Source: the human T2T-CHM13v2.0 reference genome, Homo sapiens. Taken from it: DNA of 64,000 nucleotides. Position numbers and translations under genes: made by a program. The notes below the pieces were generated by a model that saw nothing but the letters and a program-made list of their open reading frames with translations, was not told the DNA's origin and searched no databases. The stretch lies in NCBI RefSeq assembly GCF_009914755.1, contig NC_060940.1. One strand, written 5' to 3'. Positions 1-12,307 of this stretch are shown piece by piece; positions within the stretch are counted from its first letter, which is position 1, and every line of letters begins with the position of its first letter.

Positions 1-882
1 TGTCGGAGCCGGTTCTGATCTCTTGCTCTGCTACTACCCTGTGTAATTTTGGGAGTGGAAGTGAGGCAGGGAGGTACAAAGTGGGGCAAAGAAGTGGAGG
101 GTTCTTCTGCCAGCTACCTGGGAGGAAGGGCAAACCTCATGACACACAGCATTGAGGGGAGACTGGCAGTGGATGCTGAAGACCTGGAAGATGCGCAGGA
201 CAAAGGCAAAGGGGGCAGAGAAGAAAAATAGAAGAGAAACAAAATGGGCCTTGGGGCAGATCCCAGAACTGGTGGGAGGGGTGGATCTAAGGGCTTGAGG
301 TGGGAGGTGAGCCTTGAAGAGGGAAGGACTCTAGCTCCTTGAGGGGAAAGGGCCAGAGGAGATGGTGGCTGACAAACCACAATGTCTGGGTTCAGAAATG
401 CATCAGCCATGGCCTCAAGTTTCCCAGCCAAAAAGAGTGAGCAGCCCTACTGAGAATAGGGAGCTCGAGCAGAGAGATGGAGTGAGGCAAATGAGGCCCA
501 AACTGGCAACCGCTGAGCCATGGAGATAGAACAGGGGTGAAGAGCGTAAGCCCTGGAGCCTGCCAGGATCTGGGCTCAAACCCTACCCTCTGTCCCTCTC
601 TAGCCATGAAGTCCAGGACAGGACGTCTAACCACTTTCAGCATGGTCTTCAATCTGTAAAATGAGAATAATGATTGTCTTGTATGAAATGATACTTAGCA
701 TAGTGCCCACACCCAGTTTGCTAAGTGAATAGAACTGCCAAGTGTATAGCAAATGTCTATCGTGTTTATAGTACGTGCTAATCACTGCTGATGCACTTTG
801 CAGTCGCTGATGCATTTAAGCCCTCCAACTCCCCCAACAGATAGATACTATCATAAGCCCAATTTTATTATCATTATTATTA

Positions 883-1157
883 TTGCCCAGGCTGGAGTGC
901 AGTGGCATGATCATGCCTCACTGCAGCCTTGACCTCCTAGGCTCAAGCGATCCTCTCATGTCAGCCTTCCTGAGTAGCTGGTACTATAGGTGTGCACCAC
1001 CACGCCCGGCTAATTTTTGTAATTTTTGTATTTTTTTTGTAGAGTCAGGGTCTTGCCACGTTGCTTAGGCTGGTCTCAAACTTCTGGGCCCAGGCAATCC
1101 ACCTGCCTCGGCCTCCCAAAGTGCTGGGATTACAGGCGAGAACTACCACACCCGGCC
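883..1157 (-). mobile_element. AluJ-like SINE inserted in a MIR
   Basis: gcccaggctggagtgcagtgg ... caaagtgctgggattacagg; MIR sequence on both sides. Confidence 0.9.
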
Positions 1158-2059
1158 CTAAGACCCATTTTATAAGTGAGAAAACTGAGCCACGCATCAG
1201 CTCGAGGTAGCAAAGCTTGTAAGTGAAAGTCAGGATTTGAACTCCCAGGCAGTACAGAAGTTGAGTGCCACTACTCCTGCTGATCACATTAAGGGAGCCA
1301 GAGATCAAGGGCCTCCTAAGAAACTAGGAAGGGAGGGTGGTGGTATTACCAGAAAGAGGGGTAGCAAATCATTACCCTGCACCCTACCTCCTAGTTCCCC
1401 TGTCCTTACCCAAAGACCACCCAGCTTTCATTTTGAGGGCTGAGAATACAAAGGAGGCAAACTTCTGAAGAACATGTTTCAGGTAGGTGTTCTCTGTATG
1501 TAGTCCACAGAGGGTGAACTACTGCGTGTACCACCATCACTAAACAACTTAGTAGGTTCAGGATCCTGGGCACGAATGCAGAGCAGGACCAGCCCAGACT
1601 AGGTGCATCCCCCAGGCCTTGGCTTCATTGCAGACAACCTTGAGCCAAGGCCTCATGATTCCCTTGAAGAGGGTGCAATTCACACCTCTGTCCCTTCACT
1701 CTTCCACGCCTCTGTTCTGGGGTATTGATGGATGCTCCTGCTACCTCCTAGATGGTACCCTAGACAGTGAACGTGAAGCAGCTTTTCTCCCTTCCATGTC
1801 TCAGAAGGGACCCATTCATGACTTCATGGAATAGACAGCCCAGGCAGGAAATGGCTATGTTTTTTGCCAAGCAGTCAGAGCAAAAGGAGGACACACCAGT
1901 TTGAGGGGAGAAAGGCATTCAAATTGGGCAAAGCTGAATTGCCCACAAATTGCCACAGCCACTCTCAACTTGGGACAAAGGTTATGAAACACGTCACTAA
2001 TACTGGAGTTGTTATTTTTTTAAAGAGCAACAATTATTTATTTTACTCATGAGACTTCA

Positions 2060-2460
2060 TTTGGGGCAGGGTTTAAAGGGAATGACTTGTTGATGTTCCA
2101 TGATGTCAAGGGTCTCAGCTGGGATAACTTGGTTGGCTGAAGCTAAAATGGCTGGGGGACGGCTGGACATTTCTTTCTCTTCCTGTGGTCTCAGAGCCTC
2201 TCTCTCTGCGATCTCTCCAGCATGGCAACCTCAGGGAAGTTGGACTTCACACATGGAGACTGAAGGTTCCAAGAGAGAGTCATGGGCAGAGCTGCAAGGC
2301 TTCTTTTACTTACCTCACTTGGAAAGTCCCAGAGCATTATTCCTACCACATTCCACTGCTCACACAGAGCCATCCCTGACATGGTGTGGGAGGGCATTCC
2401 ACAGGGGCCTGAGTATTGGGAAGTGCAGATCACTGGGAAGCCATCGTGGGTGCTGGCTAT
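2060..2460. mobile_element. MLT1-type MaLR LTR relic
   Basis: Motifs gtctcagctggg, ctctccagcatggc, ttccaagagagag, gcaaggcttctt; by eye. Confidence 0.55.
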
Positions 2461-3339
2461 ATGATTTCTTTGCTTTGGGCATTACCTTACTGAATAGATT
2501 CTGTTGTGATTTCACGTTTACCATTTTATTATAGAGGCTATTGCAAAGGTTATAGATGAAGAGATAAGTAGGGTGGCTTTTGGGGGAAGGGGATTGGAGC
2601 TTCATGCTCTCCCTGGTGCACAACCCTCCAGGAACCTCCCCGTGTTCAACTATCTGAAAGCTCAAGTTATTTTTTTTTAAACAAGAATATACATGCCACA
2701 AACATGCAGATTCCTGGCTCCCACTGCAGACCCACTGAATTCAAATTTCTGGGTTGGGGCCCAGGAATCTGCACTTTTAACAAATCTGCCAGAGGCGTGA
2801 GCTGTAAAAGTGGAAAAGAGGCAAAAGGCCACTAGGAAGAAAGAGTGACTTTGAGGACTCAACTGCCACTGCATTGTAGAGGCTAAAGAAATGTGACCCT
2901 TCATACAGTGCTACCCGCTAATTATCTTCACAGGTGTTGTCATCCCCATTTTATAGTTGGGAACGCTAAGGCTTAGAAGCCAAAAGTCACCCAGCCAGCA
3001 AGTAATGAAGCTAGGCTTTCAACCCAGCTTTTATTTTTTAAGTCCAAAGGCCACAGTTGTAATAGTTATGCCAACCCATATTTGCTATTTTATCCCAGTC
3101 TTGTAATTTGAAGTCAGATAAATCTAAATTAAAATTCTGGAGAAGATCCCTGCCTCCCACAGACATAGAGAAATTAAATGTTTTGATAACGACAACAATA
3201 AGAAGTAACATGTATGTGATACCAGGCATTGTCTAGGTGCTTTACATGTATTTACTCATTCAATTCTCTCAGCAATTCTATGAGCTAAGTGCCCTTATCC
3301 TCCTCATCATCTTATCCATTTCACAGATGAAGAAACTGA

Positions 3340-3460
3340 GGCCAGGTCTGGTGGCTCATGCCAGTAATCCAAGCATTTCAAGAGGCTGAGATGGGTGGAT
3401 TGCTTGAACCCAGGAGTATGAGACCAGCCTGGGCAATATAACAAGACCCCATCTATACCA
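3340..3460 (+). mobile_element. FLAM/free left Alu monomer inserted in a MIR
   Basis: ggccaggtctggtggctcatgcc...agaccccatct; TSD aagaaactgag at 3330 and 3818. Confidence 0.85.
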
Positions 3461-3820
3461 AAAGGAAGGAAAGAAGGAAAAAAGGAAAGAAGGAAGGAAG
3501 GAAGGAAGGAAGGAAGGAGGAAGTGAGGGAGGGAGGGAAGGGAGGGAGGGAGGGAAGGAGGGAAGGAGGGAAGACGGAGCGAGAGAGAGAGGGAGAGAGA
3601 AGGTAGGGTAGAGGGAGGGAGAGAGAGAGAAAGAAAAAGAAAGAAAGAGAGAGAGAAAGAACGAGAGAGAGAGAAAGGAAGAAGAAGAAACGGAGGGAGG
3701 GAGGGAGACAGAGAGAGAAAGAAAAAAGAGAAAGAAATAAAGGAAAGAGAGAAAGGAGAGAGAGAGAAAGAAAGAAAAAAGAAAGAGAAGGAAGGAAGGA
3801 AGGAAAGAAAGAAGGAAAAG
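3460..3820 (+). repeat. GA-rich compound microsatellite grown from the FLAM tail
   Basis: (GAAG)n, (GGGA)n, (GA)n and (GAAA)n blocks. Confidence 0.95.
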
Positions 3821-4209
3821 AAACTGAGACACAGAGAAGTAGGGGAACTTGGCCAGGATTTCACAGATAGTCCACAGTGGAGTCAGGATTAAAATTCAGG
3901 TTAGTGGCTCCTAAGTTCATGCTTTTAGCCTGGATACCATTCTGCCTCTCCAGGCTCCACAAAAGCTTAATTTGCTGTTTCCCAAGAATAGACATCAGAA
4001 GGCCAGTGAGACAAGTAAGAAAGAAGTGGGAAGATAGCTGTAAGAATCACTTTGGTCCAAATATATTCCTGGTGAAGCCATTGGAAAGTGTTTTCTGAGC
4101 AAAAAGAAAAGAGCTCAGACACTAGAGGGCAATCATTTTAAGAGACTCTGAGATGGATTTCATGCAGGAGTTTGCAAATTCTCCCCAAACTCTATTTAAA
4201 ATGCTGTGT

Positions 4210-6055
4210 ACATTAGAGAAGACAAATACATGGAAACATGTACTGTGTTCTTGGATGGGAAGACTAAACACTGTGATGATGTCAGTTCTCCCTCAAATTG
4301 ATCTGTAGATTTAATGCAATAACAATTGAAATTCCAGTGGTGTTTTTCATGGAACGCTGCAAGATGGTTCAGAAATTTGTAGGGAAGAGCATGGCCAAGA
4401 TATTTCCAAAGAAAAGGAGCTCGAGAATCTTGCTCCACCAGATAGGAAAGTGTATTATAAAACAATGTTAATTAAGACTGTGTGGTAATTCTTGGGCACA
4501 GATAAATAGACCAACAGAACAGAAGAGAGAGTCCAGAAAAAAACCCAACTGTACAAGGAAACTTGGTTTATGATAGAGAATTCTCTGATGATTAGAGCAG
4601 AGAAGGTGTAACTACTTAAGGACTGGGGCAGGACAATTTGTTATCTGTTATTCAAATGAAAAATAATGAAGTGGAATCCCTACCTCATACCTTATACAAA
4701 AATCAACTCCAGGTGGACATCAATATGAAGGACAAAACTGTCAAATTTTAAAATATAACTTTGGAAAATATCAGCTAGGGACAGATTTCTTAAACCAGAC
4801 ATAAATATAGAAACCAAAAGAAAAAATTGCTACATTAAATTACATTGAAGCTAATAACCTCTACTTACCAAAGTCACCCAACAGAGCAAAAAGATTTACA
4901 ATGCAGCCAAGAAAAGATGTTGGCAACATTTCAAAGATTAGTACCCAGGATATATTATTAAGTACTGTGAATTAATAAGAAAAACATTAATAAGCCAATA
5001 GAAAATTGCTCAAACAATATGTATCATCATCTCATAGAAGAAAAAGAAACACAAATGACCCATATGTATTTGTGAGAAGATGTTGAACATCATTAGAAGT
5101 CAGGGAGGTGCAAATGAAAACTACAGTGAGATACCATTTCACACCCAAAAGTTTGGCAAAAGTTAAAAGCCTAGGTAATACCAAGGGTTAGGGAGGATGT
5201 GGAGAAATTAGATGTGAAGAACTGACACGGTGCTAGAGGGAGTTTCAATTGGTACAAACACTTTAGAGAATGGTTTGGCATTGCTTGATAAAGCTAAATA
5301 AATACATACTCTACAAACCAGCAATTCACTCCTAAGAATAAACCCTAGGAAAACTCTTGCACATTTGTGTAGGTGACATCCTAAAGCGTTTATAGACAGC
5401 ATTGTTCAAAATCCAAAAAGAAAAAAAAACTGGAAACAATCCAAATGTCCTTCACAGTTGGATGAATAAATAAATTGTTATTATTCATACAATAGAATTA
5501 CTATAAACAACACTGAAAACAAGTGAACTGCAGCCAACCCCATCAGCAAGGATGAATCTCAGAAACATATTGGGCCAAATAAGTCACAGAACAATATCTG
5601 TAGTGTGATTCCTTTTACATAAAATTTGAAGAAGAATAAACTAACAATGTATTGTTTAGAAATATATTCATAGATAGTAATATTATAAAGAAAAAACAAA
5701 GAAGTGGTGTTTGCCAAACTCAGGATAGTGTTTATTTTAGAGCAGGGAACAGGGGTGAATGTGCTTAGGGGGCGTGGGGTGCATGTGGGCTTGTCAGGTA
5801 TGGGATATTCTATTTCTTAACCCGGAAGGGTAGGTGGGTTCTTGTACGTTCATATTATTATTATTATTTGAACTGTGAAAAAGATAATACATGTTTTATT
5901 TTAAGAGATTCCGAGATGAATTTCATGCAGGATTTGCAAATCTGCCCCAAACTCTATTTAAAATGCTGTGTACATTAAAGAAGACAAATACATGGAAAGA
6001 TGTACTGTGTACACTTTTTTCTTAAGTACGAGAAATTTCACACTAAATTTTAAAA
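4210..6055 (+). mobile_element. Old L1M LINE, 5'-truncated (ORF2 end plus 3' UTR)
   Basis: Degenerate L1 motifs (gatgtcagttctccctcaaattgatctgtagatttaatgcaat; gtgagataccatttcacaccca; ccagcaattcactcctaagaata). Confidence 0.85.
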
Positions 6056-6728
6056 TGCTGTGTGTGTGTGTGTGCGCATATTTCTGGGAGGAAATTCCAT
6101 GTCTCATCAGATTATCTAAGGAATACCTGGTGTTCTAACAGAGTGACAACTGGATGTAAGGTTTCTGAGATTCTGTCCAGATATTCTCGGGTGGATAGAG
6201 CCCCTGTGCAGGCTGGCAGCCCGGTCAACTGGCCAAACCTCCCTCTGTCTTAGAGAGGAACCTAAACCAGCTGTGAGTCTTCTCCCTCCATAACTCACAT
6301 GACTATCTTAAGGCCAAAGGATGTATCTGGGGTCTCGTGTAGGGGAGGGCAAGTTCCTCTTTTTCTCCTGGGAGACTGAGTCCCTTTGCCCTGGGCACCT
6401 CCTTCCCTTTCTCCTTCCCTGGCTCTTCGACATGTGCTCTGCCTCTTTCTTCTTTCTATGGTCCACCTGCATATTGCTAATGGACTTGGCCATTACTGCA
6501 CAGCCTGAGAACAGCAAAGCCTGAGTCAGGACCCATGGTGCTGTCTCACAGCCCAGTGCTTTTCTGCCATGCCACTGGTCACTCCTATTCTCTTCTCCCC
6601 CAACACCTCTGTCTCTGTCAGATCTGGCTTCCCATGGGGACTGCAGGGCTCAGCTGGGCTTGCATTGGCAAGTCCACCAAAGAATGCATTTATCCATTCA
6701 TCCCTGTCACCCACGGAAGGACTTTGGG

Positions 6729-7006
<278 letters not shown>

Positions 7007-7610
7007 CTTCGGATTTTATTCTGAAGGAGATAAAAGCCATTGGGGAGAGACAGTGATAGGCTCTGAACTTGTTTCCAAAAGGTGTTTCTAGCTGCTATGT
7101 GGAACTTAAACTTCATGGAATAAGGGGAGAAGTCAGGAAGCCCATTCGGAGGCTATGACATTAATCCAGGCAAGAGGTGACATGGCTTGGAACAGGGACA
7201 CCACCATGAGGTGGGGAGGTGTGATGTGATTTGGAACCAGTCATTTGCAGTAGGATTGGATGATGGTCAAGAGAAAGAGGAGTCCAGGCTGACTCCAAGG
7301 TTTGTGGCCCAAGGAACTAGAAGGAAGAAGATGCCATCACCTTGGTAGGGAGACTGTGGGGAAGCAGGTGTGGTGTGGGTCAGGAAGGGGAGGCCAAGGA
7401 TCTTACTTTGGACATAGTGACTTCCAGGTGCCTTTGATTATCCAGGTAGTGATGTCCAGTCTGCAGTTTGATAAAGGCACATGAAGTTCAGGGGAGCAGC
7501 CCAGGGAGAGGATGTGAATGTGAAGTCAGCAGGCAACAGATGCTCTTTAATGCCAGTGCCTGAATATGGTCAGCTGGGCTAGGAATTAAGAGAAAAATCT
7601 AAGGACTGAG
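7007..7610 (-). mobile_element. L2 LINE relic
   Basis: ggaggctatgacattaatccaggcaagaggtga, gaggagtccaggctgactccaaggtttgtggcc. Confidence 0.65.
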
Positions 7611-7812
7611 CCACACCGCACAGATCGGAAGTCTCAGGTATCCCAAGGGCACTTTAGTGGGTGGTGTCCTGAAGGAGGCGGATTTCAGTTCATGGAGGTC
7701 TTATGCTATTCGTAAATCCAGCACAACTTATGCCAATGATGAATGAATTCAGGGCAGGTCAGCTGCAGTGTAATATATGCCTATTGTCCCCTGATCAAGA
7801 CAGAAAGACAGA

Positions 7813-8210
7813 ATGAAAAGGAAGAAGGAAGGAAGGAAGGGAGGGAGGGAGGGAAAAAAGAGGAAGGAAAGAAATCAGGGAGAGAAAGAAGGAAAGGATG
7901 GAAGGAAGGTGGGAAAGGAGAGAGAAAGAAAGGGACTAAGGGAGAAAGAAAAAAGGAAGAAAGGAAAGAAAAGAGAAAGAAAAAGAAAGAAAGAAAAAAG
8001 AAAAGAAAAGAAAGAAGGAAGGAAGGGAGGGAGGGAGGGAGGAAGAGGAAGGAAAGAAGTGAGGGAGGGAAAGAAGCAAAGGAAGGAAGGTAGGAAAGGA
8101 GAGAGAAAGAAAGGGAGGAAAGGAGAAAGAAAAAAAGGAAGAAAGAAAAGAGAAAGAGAAAGAAAAGAAAGAAGGAAGGAAGGAAGGAAAGAAAAGAGGG
8201 ATGGAGGAAA
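7813..8210 (+). repeat. Purine-rich AAGG/AGGG/AAAG compound repeat (NET promoter polymorphic region, NETpPR)
   Basis: About 400 bp almost pure A/G, about 4 kb upstream of the TSS. Confidence 0.9.
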
Positions 8211-9036
8211 CAAATATGTAGGCAAACCTCTCCTCCTTTTTTTCCTTAGTCTCCTCATTGGTGCCATGGAGGTGTAGGTTCTGATAGCGTCCTCAGCGGA
8301 CACAGGCCCTTGGATTCTAAATGTGTCCCAGCCCAGCTGTTGTGTGTCAGGGCCCCAGTGTCTGTGGGGAGATGGCCAGAGATGGACTCACAGCATCAGC
8401 CATTGCCTTTTACCCCATGGCCTGTGTCACCAAGTGCCATGGTAAGTGGAAGTGATGGCTCCCCAGAGATCACATTAGCTCTGATAATGCTCCAGCCTCC
8501 CATGCACAACTTGCCCTCAGGCCACCTGGCTGGGCAGGAAGAAGGGCTCCCAGAGAAGCCACATGGCCCCATGGCGGTGAGTCTGGGCGAGAGATGGAGA
8601 GAGACGCCTTCCCTTTTAGCCCAGTCCCAGCCTAGTGTCCTCACTGCTGACCCCCGGTAGTCTCTGAAACCACAGATGGAGCTCCCAGACTTGCTGATTG
8701 GCCCCCGTGATGGCGTGCGCATTAGGAGGAAATGCCTCCCTCCACCCTTGTAGCAAACACTTCCAGCTCCATGCCCACACCCCTTATCATCCACTGTTCC
8801 TGCCAGTGCAGACCCAACCCAATGGCTTCCTGCTGCCAGTACCTGGGGCTCTGCTGTTAGCCTTTCTCTGGCAGCAGGACAGGCTCATCCCTCTTATCAG
8901 ACAGGCTGGACTTGCTGGGAAGTTGACACTCTGGGGGCGGCCTTCATGGATAAATACTCTAGTTTTCTTGCCCCTCAAGTGAGACAACCCCAAGGCGTGC
9001 TCTGTGCAGTCTCCCGAGGCCCCCACCAGGGCTGAG

Positions 9037-9042
9037 CACCTG
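9037..9042. promoter_or_regulatory. E2-box CACCTG created by the -3081 T allele (rs28386840, recalled)
   Basis: gctgagCACCTGtttcc; T at 9041 is about 3081 nt upstream of the inferred TSS. Confidence 0.8.
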
Positions 9043-11229
9043 TTTCCCCAGCAGCAAGTGCTCCTTAATCTACTTTCTCCTGGTTTCCTTCCCTTTGCTG
9101 TCTCACTTCTCCTCTCCCCAACGATTGCTTCCAGGATTATCTCCTAAATAAATTACTTGTATTCTAATCTTTGTTTCCAGTTGTTTCTTGAGGAATCCAA
9201 TACAAAACGAAACCAATCAAAGACACCAAACCCAACAAAAGAAAGAGAACTCTTCTGGTTCTGTATTGTACATGTTTCTGGAGCACCATTTAAGTAACAG
9301 AATACATCACGCACTGTCTTTGACGCTGGTAGGGAGGTCTCACAAATAACTGTACAGGCAAATAAACAGCAGTATAAAAGAGGAGTTTGACTCTGTTGTA
9401 GGAGGTGGTTATCAGGGAAGGCTTCACAGTGAGGGTGACTGGAGGTTTTGGAGGATGGGTAGGAGTTCTCCAGGTAGAAAAAAGAATGATGGAAACAGCA
9501 TATTAAAAAACCCAGAAGTGTAAAAAAGCACAAGGTACTCAGGGAACCACTAGTAGTTTAGTATCTCTCATACTACTGGAGAATAAAGCATATTTTGGAA
9601 GTGATAAAGGATTTGTAGGAAAAATGAGGAGAGAATTAGAATAGCAGGAGGTGTGGTTAAATAGCCAGAGTCTTGTCTATACTCCTCAAAGTGTTTAGGC
9701 ATTATCTTGGAAAGGTTGGAGGATTTTTTAAAATTGTGGGTTATCTTTTTCTGATTGCATAAATATCAAATGCTCATTGTGGAAAAGTTGGCATATACAG
9801 AGAAGTATAGAGAAGAAAATAAAATTACCTCAAATCCAGAGTTAATTAAATCACATTTATGTGTTGGTGTGTTTCAGAGGAGTTTCAGGCAGAGGAGTGA
9901 GGTGGTCGCACTTGAGTTCTAGGTAGAGCTCTGGCAGCTGGTGACGATCATGCAGCTGGAAAGATACTGAACGTGGGGTGACCAGCTAGGAGGCTGCTGC
10001 AGTGAGGGGTGATGAGGGTCCTCTGTTGTGGCTTTGCAGGGTGTTTCAGAGGTGGGATTCTCAGCACTTGAAAACTAGTTGGATGGGGTGTGGGGTAGAG
10101 GAGAGAAGGGGACCATGACTACTAGAGAGATTCTGAGTGTCTCCACCATGACTTGGTGGAGGGAGCAGAGGCTGGAGGCCAGGAGACTTGGGTTCTCATT
10201 TCCACTCTGTGACTTCCAATCTGTGGGACCTTGGACAAGTCCCTTTAGTCCACAGAGCCACAGTTTCCTGACCTGATACGTGGAAAGATGATTCTCTTCC
10301 TGCTTTCCTTACAGGATTGTCATGATCGTCCAATAGATCAAAGGAGATAAACACCTTTCATGTGTGGAAACCTACAGTTCTGAGCTCTTGTCCTCAAACC
10401 TCTGCTCAATCTTTTCCCTCACCTGCCTTCTGTCATCTTCCCCAGAAGCCAGGGGAACCCATACCCCTCTAGGTTTCCCTTCCTCTCCCCTCTGCATCCT
10501 GCCCAGAGGACATTTGTCACGATTGTCCCTCTGGTACAGATGCTCTAAACACCGCCACACACCACCATTCTTTCATTCATTAACTCATTCACTTCATAGG
10601 CTGGTTGATGCTCTAGTACGTTCCAGGTGCCAGAACACGTGCTGTAAAAGACAGACAAGGTCCCTGTGCTCATGGAGCTCACATACCACCCAAGGGGGGA
10701 CATAAAGTTAAACAACTAGGACAAATTCGGATAGCGATGTAACAAATGAATAAATAGGGTGATAGGACAGAGTGAGCGTGTATTTTCGATTTGAGTCGTC
10801 GGGAAGGGACCTCTGGACTGAGACCTGAACAACTCAGGCAGAGAAAACAGCAAGTGTAAAGGTCTTGGGGTGGGTTTGAGCTTAGGATGTTTACAGAATG
10901 GAAAGGTCAGTGTGGCTGGGCTGATCCAAGCCCCACCCAACCCACTTAGCACGGCCACCTCTCTGAAGCCTCCTTGGATCAACAGGATGCTTCCCTTGCT
11001 GATTCAGCTCCACCCTACTTCCACACATCTGTGGTCACAACACATCCTGACCACACTGGGTTGTGATAGACTCTATACACTGGTCTGGGAGCTCCTTGAA
11101 GGCAGGGGCTATCTCCTCTCTAGCCAGCACTGTTCACGCACACAGCAGATGATCAGCATCTGCTAAAGGGATTAATACATTAATCAATAGATGAGTGAAT
11201 GAATGAGAAAACGACTCTCAGGTCCAAAT

Positions 11230-11520
11230 GGCTCACTCCTTTACTTGTCTAATTGTTACCTTCTCAAATTCCCTGACCCCGTATGCAAACTGCAGCCCCA
11301 CTGTCCCCCCATTCCCTCACCCATCATATAACGTGTGTATTTATTATGTTTCCCGTTTCCTCTGTCTCCGCCAGCAGAATGTAAACTCCATGAGGTCAGG
11401 AATCTCCGAGTTATGTTGCGCCAGTGTAATCCAAGAGCCCGGAACAGTGCCTGGCACACAGCGGGCATATGGAAGAACAAATGTGTGAAGGTGTGAATGA
11501 ATGAATAATTGAAAGAATAA
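11230..11520 (+). mobile_element. L2 3' end
   Basis: gaatgtaaactccatgagg...acagtgcctggcacac...tgaatgaatgaat. Confidence 0.7.
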
Positions 11521-12015
11521 ATAGTAGTTCTCAGCCTCACAGAACACGGGTCACAACCTCAAATGACCTGCTACCCTGCCCATAAATAACAGAGATGCAG
11601 GAGTAAGTGCTGGGCTGTGACCTGTCAACATGCTAAGCCGCTCAAACAAAACTGCCCAACAGCCCGCTGGCCGCCTATTTGCAGCACTGGGCCCTGAGCC
11701 GCACATTCCCATTTCGTTGATAAAGAAACTGACCAGATAGTTTAAGTGGCCTGCTGCGGAAGACAGAGCTGGTGCTGCACCGGTCGCTGCTTCCCCAGTC
11801 CTTTTTTGGCCTCCTTTCTGACGCGACGCAGACCCCAGTTCTGGAGAGTCTGTCACTCGCTCCCCGTGGTGGGAGATCAGAGGCCTGGTGTCCTTGGGAG
11901 CGGCGAGCGGTGCTCGGCGCAGGATAGAAAGGGAGTGCGCGCCCGAGTCCCCCAGATCCCTGGGAACCCGCGCCACCCTCCCGCCCCTGCCCATCCCCGG
12001 CCGCGCTGTCAGTCT

Positions 12016-12101
12016 CCATTAGCGCTAACAGGCTCCAGACGGAGCGGGCCGGGCGCTGGGTTAATGCAATCGGCGCGTTACCTGGGGCGCAGGCTACATT
12101 A
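12016..12101. promoter_or_regulatory. Proximal promoter homeodomain cores (Phox2/Hox-type ATTA/TAAT)
   Basis: ATTA 12018, TTAATGCAATC 12061 and ATTA 12098 stand out in GC-rich DNA; consistent with known Phox2/HoxA5 binding to the proximal NET promoter. Confidence 0.6.
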
Positions 12102-12122
12102 CCAGCCCGGCCCCCGCCAGGC

Positions 12123-12304
12123 ACGGCCAGAACCAGTCAGCCCGCGCCCTGCCGGCCGCCCCGCGCCTCCAGCTCTTCCCCGGCCCCGCCCGAACGCCAC
12201 ACGGCGGAGCCCAGCCCCAGCCCGCGCCCTAGAGCCTGCCAAGGCGCCGCCGGTCGGGGGCCGGCAGGGCGCAAGGCACCAGGGATCCCCTCGCCGCCGG
12301 ACAC
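12123..12304 (+). other. SLC6A2: SLC6A2 non-coding exon 1 (5' end approximate)
   Basis: Strong donor CAC|GTGAGT at 12304/12305 inside the CpG island. The start is inferred from recalled annotation and from the -3081 SNP spacing, not visible in the sequence. Confidence 0.8.
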
Positions 12305-12307
12305 GTG
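12302..12307. promoter_or_regulatory. E-box CACGTG overlapping the exon 1/intron 1 splice donor
   Basis: acacgtgagt at 12301-12310; recalled as a USF-bound element affecting transcription and splicing. Confidence 0.85.

Noticed and set aside
3307-3864. 185-aa and 158-aa minus-strand ORFs rich in S/F/L/P
   Set aside because: Translation of a GA microsatellite plus FLAM; stop-free for compositional reasons.
6525-6547. Partial RE1/REST-like sequence ccatggtgctg
   Set aside because: The second half-site (GGACAG) is absent.
7743-8303. K/E/R/G-rich ORFs and their antisense counterpart
   Set aside because: Low-complexity AAGG repeat.
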